NCBI GenBank assembly: GCA_964036045.1
Contig: OZ038378.1
Location: 142,414,001 to 142,478,000, forward strand
From: Eutreptiella sp. 'Long Island Sound 2002'
Taxonomy: Eukaryota; Protista; Euglenida
DNA: 64,000 nt
Direction: 5' to 3'
The stretch's first letter is position 1, and each line of letters starts with the position of its first letter. Of the stretch, positions 1 to 12,000 are shown piece after piece. The notes beneath the pieces are model-generated. The model was given only the letters and a program-made list of their open reading frames with translations. It searched no databases and was not told where the DNA came from. The translations under genes and the position numbers were made by a program.

Positions 1-1
1 G

Positions 2-604
2 GCGCTGGGCCTGGACCCGCGGCGCGTCAGCATCGCCGGGGTGCCGGGGCCGCCGGACCGCCGCAGTGCCCCCGGGGCACCGACGTGCGCCCGCCTCGCG
101 GCCGACGGGACGGTCGTGGTGGGCCCCGGCCCCGGCGGCGGTGCCGCGGGCGCGGGCGTCGGCGCGGCGGCCCCGGGCCGGGCCCGCCTGACCCCCGCCG
201 GGCGCGCGGCGGTCTTCACGGGGGCGTACATCGCCGCCGTCGGGCTGTGCGCGCTGTTCGCCCCCGCGGCGACGTTCGCGACGCTGTTCCGCGCGGCCCC
301 GCAGCCGCTGGGCTGGGGGCGGGTGCTCGGGGTGCTGGCCGCCTGCTTCGGGGCGTACTACGCCGGCGCCGCCTACGGGGAGGCCCGCGGGTGGGGGGCG
401 CGCGGGTTCTACTGGTCGACGGTCGCCGGCCGCCTGTTCTTGGTGGGGGCGTTCGGGTGGCTGGTGGCCACCGGGCGCTTTGCGGAGCCGGCCCTGCTGG
501 TGCTGGCGGCCGCCAACCTTCTCGGGGCCCTGTCCATGTGCTGGGCCTTGCGCCGGGAGCCGGGCCCGCGGCACGACGGCCGCGTCCGGCTGCGGGGCGG
601 CTGA
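2..604 (+). CDS. 3' part of a small multi-pass membrane protein (frame open at the window edge; 5' end outside the window)
   Basis: Frame 2 is open from base 2 to the TGA at 602-604, with strongly GC3-biased codons. It has 3-4 hydrophobic segments (AYIAAVGLCALFAP; VLGVLAACFGAYYAG; RLFLVGAFGWLVA; LLVLAAANLLGALSM). Family not identified with certainty. Confidence 0.75.
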   Translation, partial: ALGLDPRRVSIAGVPGPPDRRSAPGAPTCARLAADGTVVVGPGPGGGAAGAGVGAAAPGRARLTPAGRAAVFTGAYIAAVGLCALFAPAATFATLFRAAPQPLGWGRVLGVLAACFGAYYAGAAYGEARGWGARGFYWSTVAGRLFLVGAFGWLVATGRFAEPALLVLAAANLLGALSMCWALRREPGPRHDGRVRLRGG

Positions 605-1214
605 CGGGGCCGCAGGCGGCGGAGCGCGCGTGCCGCCGGGGCAGAGTGGGGGCGTGCGGTGCTCCAGGGCCACGGGCAGAAGAGCGAGCGGAGGATGTGG
701 TGCTCTGCGAACTGCCGCCGGGGAACGTACCGTGTCCCCGGGTTTTGGGGGACGGCCCCCATGATCGTGATGCCGGTGGTGCTGTGAGGGCGCTGTGAGG
801 GGGAGAGGGCGTGGGGCGACCCCAACCGATGCCCAGGAACGACCGTGCACTTCTGCCGCGCGCACGCGGTCGTTCCAAACGGCGTTGGATGAACGCGGCC
901 CTGCGCTGTTCCGGCAGCTTCGCGTCCGCCTGAACTCGTTTGAAAATGCATCGACCCGAAGGCACATCGCCAGACGCTGGCACAGCCACCGGGCGGTGGG
1001 AAGGCGCCCGGGGCATTGCGGTGGGTACGTTGGTCCGGGTATGCCGCTGTTTCTTGTTGGGGGGGGTCTGTTCAACGACAGTCTTTCACAAAGGCCATCG
1101 GACTTGCAATCCAAAAGGGTGTTGTTGGCGCCGTGCTGCTCCGCGAAAAGCTCAGTTTCGTTCCCCCTTTGCCTCATGAGCCTCCGCTGATTTCTGGCAC
1201 TTGGAGGGGGTCAT

Positions 1215-1685
1215 GACGACGGAGGTATTGGACAACGTCATGGCAACCAGAGGTACACTGATGGGGATCAGATGGCACCTTGACAGCTCTGAGATTGCAC
1301 GAAGGTGGCATTGATATGGCATTGGAATGGCACTGAGATGCTATGGGGTTTGCAGTCATGGGGATGGGGGAGAGAGCAATGGAATATCACGAAGATGGCA
1401 CACGGATAACACCAAGACGGCACTGTGATGGCACCAAGACAGCACGGAAATGTCATTGAGATGGCATCGAGGGGACATTGCGGTGGCATTCGGGCACAAC
1501 AGCGATGGCACTAAGATGGACCTTTGAGGCACTGGAATGGCACTCAGCGGAGGTATTAATGGCATGGTGCCAGCGACTGAAAATGCGATGCATTGGGGTG
1601 GCACCTCGATTACATTAAGATGGCAGTGAGATGGCAGTGAGATGGCACAAATAGGGCAGATGGTACCGAGATGGCACCATGCGCC
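1215..1685 (-). repeat. Degenerate (ATGGCA)-rich satellite, reverse orientation
   Basis: Dense ATGGCA/GATGGCA/GTGGCA motifs, e.g. atggcagtgagatggcagtgagatggca near 1620-1647. Confidence 0.85.
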
Positions 1686-3500
1686 TGAGCATTATTGCAC
1701 TGCCACATCCATGTCATCTGTGCCCCATCTCATGGCATCTTCTTGGTATAGCAGTGCCATCCCCATGCTATTTTCATGGCATTTGAGCGCCATTTCAGTG
1801 CCAGTGCAGTTCCATTGCGGTGCCCTCTTAGTGATATTGCGGTGCCACGGCATTGCCACGTCACTTGCACTGCAATGCACGGTATCTCAATGCCATCTCA
1901 GCGCCATACCACTGCCACTGTAGTAGCATCCTCGTGCCATCCTAGTGAGATGTGCCATCTCAGTGCCATCGGAGCCCCGTCTCTGTGCCTTTGGGTGCTA
2001 TGTGTGTGCTTTAGCACCGTTTCCGTGCCATCTTAGCGCCACAGCAGTGCCTTCTGAGTGCCATCGCGGTACCATCCCCATGCCACCTGAGTGCTATCAT
2101 ATGGCCTACCCAATGCACTCCGTGTGTCATTTGTATGCGTCGTAGTGCCAATACCGTCTCAGTGCCATCACAATGCCATCTCACTGCCATCCCATTGGCA
2201 GCACATCGTCATCTCAATGCCATCTCACTGCCATGGCACTGCCGTATCGGTGCCTTCGGGATGCCATTCCATCGCCATCTCCGTGCCAGCATCATGCCAC
2301 CTTAGTGCCATGTCCATGCCGTTTTCGTGCTACGAAAGTGTTGTTTCCATACCATCTCAGTGCCATTTCAATGCCATTGTTATGCCATCACACTCCCATC
2401 TCACTGCCACATCAATGTCCCTTCACAGCCTTCGCACGGCCATCTCAGTCCCAGTGCCATGCGCACCGCTGGCTTGGTGCCATCTCCGTCCCTTCTCAGT
2501 GCCATCGGACGGGATCTCATTGCCACCTCTACACCATTCCAACCATTGCAGAGGCATTTCTGTGCCATCGGTGGCATTTCCCCCTGCCATAGTGGCGCCA
2601 TCCCAGTGCCATGTCAGCTCCTTCCTAATGCCATCGCAATGCCATTGCAGTGTGATGGCTGGTTCATCGCTGCACCATCTCAGTGGCATTGTGGTGTCAT
2701 GGCAGTGCTAATGCAGCCAGTTCTAGCCAATCCCCTGTGATGGGCTTTTAGTATGTGACAAATGTGTGGCACATCAAACAAGCTCCGCCATTCTGTGAAG
2801 CTGTTTTGCCTCTCATTTTGTATTTCTAGCAGAGCTGTCCAGCGCCTCTTTCCATGGCGAGCACAGTCACAGCCATGCAGAATGGTATGAGTGGCAGTCA
2901 GCCCCATATGTGTTCTGTGGCTCAATCCAATGGTGGTGTGGAAGAGCGCCCGTTCACACAAGTCCCCATTCTTCACAATTGTGCCTACCATTGCCTTTCA
3001 CGAAACTGTACACAGGACAACCTCAAGCCTCGACAGCATACGTGGGAATCTGGCATATTCAGGTCTCTTTACGGAGCTGCCATTGCGCCATTGCAATGCC
3101 ATCTCAGCACCGTTTGAGTGGCATCGTACTTCCATGGGTGTGTCGTCATCGTGCCATATGAGAGCCACCTGTGCCTCATCTTCCTGCCAACCAAGTGCCA
3201 CCGTGGTGAGGGAATAAGGTGAACCCACGTGACCACGCCAATACACGGGCACAAATGGTTATGTGTTGCTGTGAGAGTTGTTTTGGGGGGCTGTGCAGGC
3301 GCCGGCGGCAACGCCCCATGGCACCTTCCCCCGCAAATGATTGAGTCCAGACCTGTGTTCATGTGACCTGCAGGAGGGCGGCGAGGGCAGGGGACGACCA
3401 CAGATTGCAGTTGCGGTGCAGACACCAGCTGGCATTTCCACTCTATTGCCGTCTCAGTGCCGTCGTCATGCCGTCTCAGTGCCACTGCGGTGCCAGATGA
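1686..3500 (+). repeat. Degenerate (TGCCAT)-rich satellite, forward orientation, interrupted at ~2720-3070 and ~3215-3430
   Basis: Dense TGCCAT/CAGTGCCATC motifs. tgccatctcactgccat (~2174) is the exact reverse complement of the motif in the upstream arm. Confidence 0.85.
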
Positions 3501-4584
3501 GTGCAAAAATATGGAGGCACACCCAGCGGGCCAGCCCCCGACCTCACCTCAACCCAGCAGCAGCCCATATACAAAGACCATGCACACCAGCGGCACTTTC
3601 CCGGTGCTGGAGGAATCCATGCCCATAAAGTCTTCAAACAATGGGTGCCAAACAGGAGTGTTCGTGGGGCATGCCATTCGGCACTCAATGAATTCGGCAC
3701 CTAAACCCGGTGCCTACTTAATTAGGTCCCAAAAACAAATCACATTCCAAACAGAAGTCTGGTCGGACCCTGCCTCCTCTTTCCCTGTACATGAGCTATG
3801 GGTCTGCGCCCTGTGCCCTGTCTAACAGTGATCCCGTGTACCAATTTCCAAGAACTATCTTGAGTTCTCATGAACATTTCGAGTCAGCCCCCCCCCCCCA
3901 AAAAAAATTCGGTCCGAACGGAAGTGTTGGTTGGGCAAGGCATTCATTGGACATGGGGGAGGGGGGGGGCGGTGTGCTTGTTGGTTGAGATTGTGGGGCC
4001 TAAACGCAACGCACTCAGTGACTTGGCTGTCTCCCACTGCGACTTGGACTGGCTCCTGATTGCTCGGGGATGGTGCGGGCAAACACACCCGAATGTCCCA
4101 CGGCTTACGGCCGAACGTCGCCCGGGTCATGTCGAGCAACATCCGGAGCGAAGGGGCGACCTGGGCCACACTGTGTGGGAGGAGATGGACTCCGTCCCCC
4201 AACAGCCCCCCCCCCCCCTCCCCCATTGCCTCTCAATGCCTCGGGGCAGTGTATCGATGCCCCGCCGGTACCCCCAGTACAGCGAACCCGCATCTGTGTT
4301 CGTCCCACTGATGTCTGTCCAGTTGGCCACACTGGACCCCCACCCCATCGCTGGCGGAGTCGCTATGCCCCACTCTGAGACCGTACATCCCCACCTCCCA
4401 CCCCAACTACCAGAGTGCCCGTAGGCTCTGAGCATGACGGCCGGACTCAGGGGTCGCCAGATTGAACTGGACTTGGGTGACAGCTCCAAGTGTTGAGCAC
4501 GGTGCCCCGAGACGCTCTAGGGGTCCCACAGACGTCTCCGCTTGGTCCTTCCCGCCCCCCTCGATGTTGGTCATCTGCCGCGCG

Positions 4585-4795
4585 CGGGGGGGGGGGGGGG
4601 GCGGTGATGCAAATGCATTTTTGTGCATTTTTTTTTTGCATCTATCTTGCCTTCGGTTTCCTTTTATTGTAGCCATCCAGGGACAAGCACCATTTTGACA
4701 GGGGGAGGGAGGGGCAAATGCATTTGCATTTTTTCTTTGCATCGCATTTTTTTTTTTGCAATCTCAACTCGCATCCCCCCCTCTCCCCCACCCCC
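4585..4795. mobile_element. Short MITE-like repeat with poly-G/poly-C ends; partial second copy at ~5975-6078 in the intron
   Basis: The core ccattttgac..ggggg..caaa(t/c)gcatttg..tttgcatcgc..ttttgca..ctcaact.gcatcccccc occurs at both loci. The ends GGGG..gatgca and gcatCCCC are roughly inverted. Confidence 0.5.
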
Positions 4796-4997
4796 CTGCA
4801 TCTGCTACGCATTGCTCATCCGATGAATCCCCCTCCAAAAGACCACCGGCACAGCACAGCCTCCCCTTCTCCAACAAATCGGCAAAGAACGCGCCGCGCC
4901 GCACGACGCCGGGGGGTGCGACGCGCGTCGCCGCGCGCACGGCCCGCGGCACCGCGCCCTCTCGCACACGGCGTTCCCCCGCGCGCGCACCCGCGGT

Positions 4998-5014
4998 CCT
5001 GCTCTCCCTCTCAG
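4998..5014 (+). promoter_or_regulatory. Possible splice acceptor (trans-splice or 5'UTR intron) upstream of the carboxypeptidase ATG
   Basis: A pyrimidine tract ending in CAG (cctgctctccctctcag) lies 32 nt before ATG 5047. Function is inferred only. Confidence 0.25.
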
Positions 5015-5046
5015 CCCATGCCCATCCCCCACACGGAGCGACGGAG

Positions 5047-5506
5047 ATGACGATGGCGGCCGGCGGTCACCCGTCCTCCCCATTGCTCGGCCACGACGGC
5101 GCGGCCCTCCGTCGATACGAAGGCCCGGTCCAGCGGCTCCGGGCCCATGGCCTCATGCTGCTCTGGGCTCTCGGCCTCATCGCGGCCGTCCTGGCGTGCC
5201 TCCCTCCCGCCGCGCAGGTCCGGGGCACGGCCGAGGCGGCGCAGCGTCGCGTGGCCCCCGACGCGGCGCCGCTGATGCTCACGGCGCTGTTGGAGGAGGG
5301 CCGGACGGCGGAGGCGCGGGCCGCCTCGCGGGTCGTCGTGCACGGGGTCGCCCTGGGGCACAGCGGGTACTTCTCCGTGCCCTCGGCCTCCGGGCGCAAC
5401 ACCAATCACTTGTTCACGTGGTACCAGCCGTGTGAGGGCTGCGACCCCCGCACCGCCCCGTTGATCCAGTGGTTCAACGGGGGGCCCGGGTCCCCGGATA
5501 CCGCAG
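5047..5506 (+). CDS. Serine carboxypeptidase S10 family (CPVL/vitellogenic carboxypeptidase-like), exon 1
   Basis: ATG 5047, an N-terminal hydrophobic anchor/signal, PLMLTALLEEG (CPVL-like), HSGYF, HLFTWY, and PLIQWFNGGPGS (S10 motif WxNGGPGxS). Ends at CAG|GT, phase 1. Confidence 0.92.
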
Positions 5507-6778
5507 GTCGCCGTCCGGCGCATGCCCCACGCGCCTCCCGTCCCTGCTCCCCTGGAGGGTGCCTTTCAATGGAGGGGCCTGGGGGGAGGGCCCCCGAGAC
5601 TGGAGGGGCGGGCAGGGGCTGGAGGGAGGCTGGGGGGTGCACAGGATGGGGAGATGGACAGTGAGTGGAGCGCACTGAGGGAGGGAGGGAGGGGGGGGGA
5701 GGGAGGGAGGGAGGGAGCGGGGGGGGAGGGAGGGAGGGGAGGGAGGGGAGGGAGGGACGGACGGAGGGAGGGAGGGAGGGAGGGAGGGAGAGATTGAGTG
5801 AGTGAGTGAGTGAGTGAGTGAGTGAGTGAGGGAGGGAGGGAGGGGAGGGAGGGAGGGGAGGGAGGGAGGGGAGGGAGGGAGGGTGGGTGGGAGGGAGCGG
5901 GGGTTGGAGAGGGCGTTGGCTTGTAAAGGGAGGGAGGGAGGTGGATAAGTGGGAGATACAAAGGAGGGAAGGAGGGGCCCATTTTGACGGGGGGCGCGGA
6001 CAAAATACAAACGCATTTGTTTGCATTCCTTTGCATCGCGTCTTTTGCAGCCTCAACTTGCATCCCCCCCCCCCCCCCAGGCAATTCATGGGCCTGGGTC
6101 GGGAGTTGCAGTGCTTGAGGGGGCGGTCGGGGGCTGGGGAGTGGTACGGTGTCGGGGTGTGGGGCTGCGCGCATGAGCGCGGGAGGGGCCTGTCCCGATA
6201 TCGCCCTTTCCCGCCTGCGGAATGGTCCGATTGCATTGTACCACAGCGCTCGGACCTGGTTTTGAGTTGTATGTGGACCAGCCTCGGCGGTCCGGGTGAT
6301 GCTTATGTCTGGCGTGAAGACCCATGGCCGATGAGAACTTTACTTTGGGAGGGGGGGGGGGGCTTGGAGACCACTGGGCTCCGCGAAGACGGAAACAACA
6401 CCGGCAAGAGCACCGGCCGCAGCGGCCGACAGAACGCAGCGACCCAACGCAACATGCGAAGGGAGGGACGGGTGACTGTCCAGGGCCCCGTAAAGGCACA
6501 ACAACCCGACGGCATGTCACACAGGGGGGGGCTGGCGATGGCTCCAAGCCCCCCCCCCCATCCCCCAAGTAAATCTTTCAGAAGCCCATCCTTCATCCTC
6601 CCCCCCCACCCCTCTGCAGCCCCCCCCACCCCTCTGCCTATCAACACCCCCACTTCACCTGCTCACGCTGCCGCTCCACCTCCGGCCCCTGGTACTCCCC
6701 ACACCTCCGCTCCACCCCTGCCCCTCCTTCCGCCCGGAGGCCACCGCGTCCACTGCGTGTGTGTGTGTGTGTGTCCAG
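5507..6778 (+). other. 1272-bp GT-AG spliceosomal intron
   Basis: gcag|GTcgcc ... gtgtgtccAG|gggcc. Splicing restores GGPGSPDTAG-AFNQIG in frame, and the exons total 1740 nt (579 aa plus stop). Confidence 0.9.
5678..5890 (+). repeat. Intronic polypurine (GGGA)n tract with an embedded (GAGT)n block
   Basis: Seen directly. Explains the spurious Pro/Ser/Leu-rich antisense ORFs. Confidence 0.95.
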
Positions 6779-8058
6779 GGGCCTTCAATCAGATCGGCAA
6801 GTTCTACGTCGGGCCCGACCTGCGGCTGCGCGCGCGGTGCTTCAGCTGGTGCCGCACGGCCAATTGCCTGTTCGTCGACAGCCCCGTCATGACGGGCTTC
6901 TCCTACCAGACCAACGCCAGCGGCGGGTTCGACCGGGACCGCGTCGAGTACACCGCCACGAGCGCGGCCGCCGCCGAGCAGGTGCTGCAGGTGCTGCTGC
7001 AGTTCCTCCGGCTCTGGCCCGAGCACCGGCGCGCCCCGTACTACGTCCAGGGCCTGTCGTACGCCGGGATCTACGTGCCGCACATGGCGCGGGCGGTGCT
7101 GCGGCACAACCGCCGGGGGGGCGCGCCGCGCATCGACCTCCGGGGGATCGCCGCGGGGGACCCGGTGATGGACAACGCGTACCAGTACCCGACGTACGCC
7201 CCGGCGCTGGAAGCGCTCGGGCTACTGATGGAGGACGAGGCCCGGCGGGTGGACGCCATCATGCGCCGCGCCGCGCGCTGGAGCGCGCGCGACTGCGCGC
7301 GGTCGTTCGCGGAGTGGAACCGCGTGTGGAACGACGACGGGGGCTCCTCCTGCGCGCCGCACTGCGAGTTCCTGTTCCGGCGGTTCACGGGGTCCGAGAA
7401 CACGGAGCACGTTCTGCTCGGGGCGCAGCCCCGCGCCTTCGCCCACTTCCGCCGGTTCCTGATGGGGCACGTGGCGGCGTTCCACGTCGCGGGCAGCCCC
7501 GTGCTCCGCGGGCCGGGGCCCGCCCTGGCGGAGGGGGGCGCCGTGTACGCCGCGATGGTCCGGTCCGGCGACCTGTGCGGCCCCTCCGCGCCGCTGTACG
7601 CGTCGCTGTTCCTCGACGAGGGGCTGGACGTGGTCGTGTACGCCGGGAACATGGACCCGCTGCTGGGCCCGGCGATGACGGCCGCGGGGGTCCGCGCCGC
7701 GTGGGACTACGCCGCGGCAAACGTCTCCGGGGGCGCCGCCGCGCGCGCCGCCTTCTACCGGCGGGAGAAGCAGGTCTGGCGCATCGCGGCCACGGACGCC
7801 GCGCCGGCGGGGTACGCCAAGTGCCTGGAGCGCCCCGGCCACCGCTTCTGCTACGTCGTGGTCCGCGGGGCCGGGCACGAGGCGGCGTCGTACGCGCCGC
7901 GCGCCATGTACGACCTCAACGAGCGGTTCCTGCACCGCCGGGCCTTCGCCGGGGACGCGCCGGCCGGCGGCACCCCGCAGTGCGCCCCGTGCGGCGGTGC
8001 GCCGCCGTTCGCGGGCGGCGCGGTGGCCGCGTGCGCGGACGTGCCCCCATTGTGGTGA
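6779..8058 (+). CDS. Serine carboxypeptidase S10 family, exon 2 (catalytic triad)
   Basis: NCLFVDSPVMTGFSY; nucleophile motif GLSYAG (Ser 7057-7059); GNMDPL (Asp 7654-7656); GAGH (His 7876-7878); TGA 8056-8058. Confidence 0.93.
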
Positions 8059-8319
8059 CTCGGTCGCGGCAGGGGTGTCACCGTATTGGGCCACGTCTTG
8101 CAGTTGTGTGATGACCAACATATTGCAGCTGTCTTAAGGTGTGGGGACAACGGTGTGGGCACAGACAAGGATGATGACCAAGGCACAGACAACGTGGATG
8201 TTTTGGTGTTTGCGGGGTGCATGCTTTATTGTTTCACCAATTTGGTCCCAGGTTCAATCTTTGTTGGGATTGGGAGTCAGTGTTCGCATTGTGTGTATGT
8301 AACGACTTCGTGATCGTTC

Positions 8320-8560
8320 GCAGTCTGCATGGACTCTGCATATGTCATTCCGGGGCTCAAGGGGCTACCATGCGGTGGAAATGTAAACTTTTGCAGGGTT
8401 TCACGGACCTGTAGCCAATCAGAAACCCTGGAGTGACCTCCTCCAAGAGATCAATTCACCAGGTTGCACTATTCATTGTGTCAACGTCCCATCACACGTT
8501 CGGGTACATGGCAATGAAGAAGCCGACTGGCTTGCAAAAGCTGGCAGAAAATCTGATCTG
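8320..8560 (+). pseudogene. Frameshifted RNase H fragment, probably from a non-LTR retrotransposon
   Basis: Manual translation gives AVCMDSAYVIPG..GPVANQKPWSDLLQEI..HCVNVPSHVRVHGNEEADWLAKAG, matching the RNase H motifs DSxYV, PVxN and VPSH..GNExAD.LAK. At least two frameshifts. Confidence 0.7.
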
Positions 8561-8899
8561 AACAGCTTGAAACGCCGTACACCGGCCTTCTAAGGCATTG
8601 CCTCCCCTGAGCGCACTTCACTTGGTAAACCTTCCCTCATACATTCCTAATCTCACTGCACACTTCGCACCCCTTCTTTTGCCAACGCGTTAGATGTCTC
8701 AAATTGGGCTCTTCTTTCTGCGGACCAGGTGGTCCTCAGCCACACAACTACACATATCATGTGAAACAGGCAAAGTCTGGACATCATCAATGACTTGGAG
8801 AGCACCAGCAGCTGCTGGGGCTCCTCTACATCATGCTCATGCGATGAACGTTGTAACATTGCCTCCCATGCGTCTGATCAATGAATGCGTTCTACAGCG

Positions 8900-9062
8900 C
8901 CTCACACACACCACACACACACACACACGCATGGGCATCAGAACTCATGGTTCGGTCGCCTAGTGGTAGGATGTAGTTGTTGAACCTCGCAGTTTGAGCA
9001 TGATTTGAAAGATTTGGGCGTCACACACACACACACACAGACACACAGACACACAGACACAC
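8900..9062 (+). repeat. (CA)n / (CACACAGA)n microsatellites
   Basis: Seen directly at ~8900-8928 and ~9021-9062. Confidence 0.9.
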
Positions 9063-12000
9063 CCCACTGCATTAGTCTCTTAGGAACCCAGTTTTAGTTT
9101 GGCCAAAGAAGTGTCGCCCAGCCCCAACAGTGAGGAAGTGGTACAGGATGCAGGCAGTGTGTATATACAAAGCTGTCGCCCCAAACATCATGAGCCTACA
9201 TCAATGACGAAGGCAGTCCTACTCAGTCCTACTCAGGTCACAGGTACCATCCCTTGAACGCTCACCTGTTCATAGACGTGAACGCTGTACATAGCACCTT
9301 AACAGATTCACAAACTGCTTCTGTTTCAATCTTGATTGTGTTCGCGTCCTTGGACCAGCATAGCTGGCCCCCCTGGGGTTCAACGTTTCAGAACCTGCTG
9401 GCACCGCAAAAATAGAGACAGTGGAGCTGAACGAGCAGGTCGTGTTGGTGCTTCATTGTGCACATTACACAACGATGAGAACGAGGAATGCACTTGAATC
9501 GAAGGCCCCAACCCCCGCCCAACGCAGCCAATTCTGGGATAAGAAATTGTATGGGAGCACACTTGTATCATATGATTGATCTTGTTGGAACTGCCGAACA
9601 TTGCTGCATATGCATACCAGGACGTGCATGTGGAGCGCTTTATGACCTGTTTGCGGCCAACACAGCCAACCACACAACAGCAGGCTGGTGAGGTCGGGAT
9701 TCCCCGCGCTCATCAATTTAAGTTGCGACGTGGTAGCCGTGTCAATAGTCTCCCTGCATCATTCTTTGGATTGTGAAGGGGGTTTGCAATATGTCAATGG
9801 ACTGTGCTCTTATTCGTGGACACAGGTACAATCAATTCATGGCTGCACAACAAACATATTTCTGTAGTGCGTGTGCCGTGCCTTGTATAGTACAATGCAT
9901 GTCACATGCCCTGTATTTGCTTTAGTGCCCCGTACAGGTCCACCGGAGTGGGCCTTCTGATCATGCCATGCTTGCCCATGCATCCCCGCCTTTTGTATGT
10001 GCAACTTTATTCCTTGGGGTTGGTTGTAGGATGAAGTCCAATATTTTAGTTGCGCCCACTTTGATACCGAAGCATGTTGCGGAACAAACATTACCTCAAT
10101 GCAGTACAAAGGAGTTAAACAGTGTGGTGGATTGGGGGGGGGGGGGTGGAAGGGGGGCTGGTGTTACCTAAGTAACGCCACAGTGTGGGCCAGCAGCAGT
10201 GCGTCTGCTTGTACTACGACTGCGATACCCGTTGCCGGGGGCCCAAGTGCAACGCAAACCCGGGGAACGCGTCGCAGGTCCGGGACGGTTGACAGGCCCC
10301 GGCTGCCGGGGACGTGCCGGGCGGCGGCTGCACCCGCGCCCGGCCTGTGCGCACGCTGGGCCCCGGGGTATTGGACATGGGTGTGCCCGTTGCCCTGTCC
10401 CTGCGCAATCCCTCCGTCAAGCGCTGCCCCGAGCCTTTGCCTCGTGTGTCTTGGGCCTGTGTTGCGTGCCCCGCGGGCACGTGGCGCACAGGGGCCATTT
10501 GGGCCTGCACATGGGCAGGCCCCCTACGTACAGTTCCCTCATGCCTCCCAGACCTTCGCTGCAGCGCATCCGGAATTTGTCCACAAATGCAAAGCTTGGC
10601 AGGTATTGTCAGGGCCGGGCCCTCCGCTGACGACGGTGGTGTCTGCATGAGACCCCAATTAGGCCTTCCCCCTTTGTGACCCCTCCGTTGTCCATGCCCC
10701 CATGCCTCTGGTGCGAGTGCATGTGGCGTGTGGTCCGCCCGGTCGGTACAGAATCTCTACCGCCCCCTTGACTAGCACCCACCCTTGAGTTGTACCCCCG
10801 GGGGGAGGCAGCGGCAACAGCCACTTTGAGTTTTCCACTCTTCATTAGAGGGTTGGACATTCAGCTTCTCCTGTTGGACAAGGTAGCGTTATTGGTGCGG
10901 TGCGGAGTAGTTTGTATTCCTGGCACGCTTCACAGTCCCCGTTATTGGGATGATGTTATTGCAACTGACCTTCAAAGCCCCACCTCACTCAACCCCCGCA
11001 TGCGCCGGCCAAAAGCTGTAGCCAACCATCATGATTGCTGAAGTCTGGTCACTAAAACAGCTGCAAAAATGGAGCAACCTCCCCCCTGCACGACCCCCAC
11101 CGCGGTCTGTGTTTTGGCACCTCATATTCGACACTGAGAACCCCCCCCCCCCTCCCCCCACACAGATCCGTGGATTGAACTTCGGCCATCTGCATTACAC
11201 ACCAGGAGGAGGTGGGCTGTGGGGCGGGTGCCGTGCAGTGTGGAGGGGGACATGGGGCAAGGACAGTTCCGCAGAGGAGAGGGATCAGCGCGTCGCCCCC
11301 ACGTAGTGTCCGCAGCAAGTGAGTATGGGAAGGGGAATTTGGCCACATCAATCCATTTGGTGAACCCCCCCCCCCCCACACACGGACCCCCCCCCCCCCC
11401 CACACACGCACCCATAATTTACGCAAAACAAAAAATCGCAGAAAAATGAACCCCTCCGGATGAAACTCCCTCCTCCGTAAGTGGAAAACCTTCATTTTGG
11501 CCTTCGGGGAGGCAAAATGCCCGGCCCCAGCCCCCTAACTCATGATGGCAGTGGGTGGGGCATCATGAGCAGGCCCCCAACCTCTCGCAATGTTTGCAGC
11601 TGGACCCATAATCCCCCAACCCAATGGGTGGACCCCCAACCCCCTTATCCAAGAGTTGAGCATTCTCAAAGAGCGAACACGCATGTCCACCCACGCAGGG
11701 AGCAGGCCGGGGTGCAGGGGTCTGAGGAAGGGGCACTAACAACACCCCCCCCCCCCCCATGCAAACTCTTTTCTTGCACCTCTCTGATCTGCTGCTGCAC
11801 TGATACAGCGCAGAAGCTGCACAGATTGCAGTGCAAAGTCCCGTAACAATCAACTCCCTCTTTGTTGTGGCCTATCTTAGAGCCGGAGAGACTGACATGG
11901 GGCCAAGCCATTGCTTGTGTCCAGCTGCTGGGCACTTGCGGAGTAGTTACATGTCCTGATTGATTGGGGTGGGAAAGGGGAAGACGAGCCGTCCCTCTCT

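Noticed and set aside
3950-4560. Possible decayed RT/RNase H tail of a YR element on the minus strand (LSPKS, QSLRALW, SDS)
   Set aside because: Matches are short, scattered over frames and lack catalytic motifs; not supportable by eye.
5887-6778. N-terminal ~300 aa of the 723-aa ORF in the track
   Set aside because: It lies inside the GT-AG intron and is low-complexity; the real N-terminus is exon 1 at 5047-5506.
85-8222. Numerous long overlapping Arg/Pro/Gly-rich ORFs in other frames and on the antisense strand
   Set aside because: Expected shadow ORFs of very GC-rich coding DNA; no domain motifs.
8954-8990. tRNA A-box-like ggtcgcctagtggt
   Set aside because: No acceptable B-box at a suitable distance.
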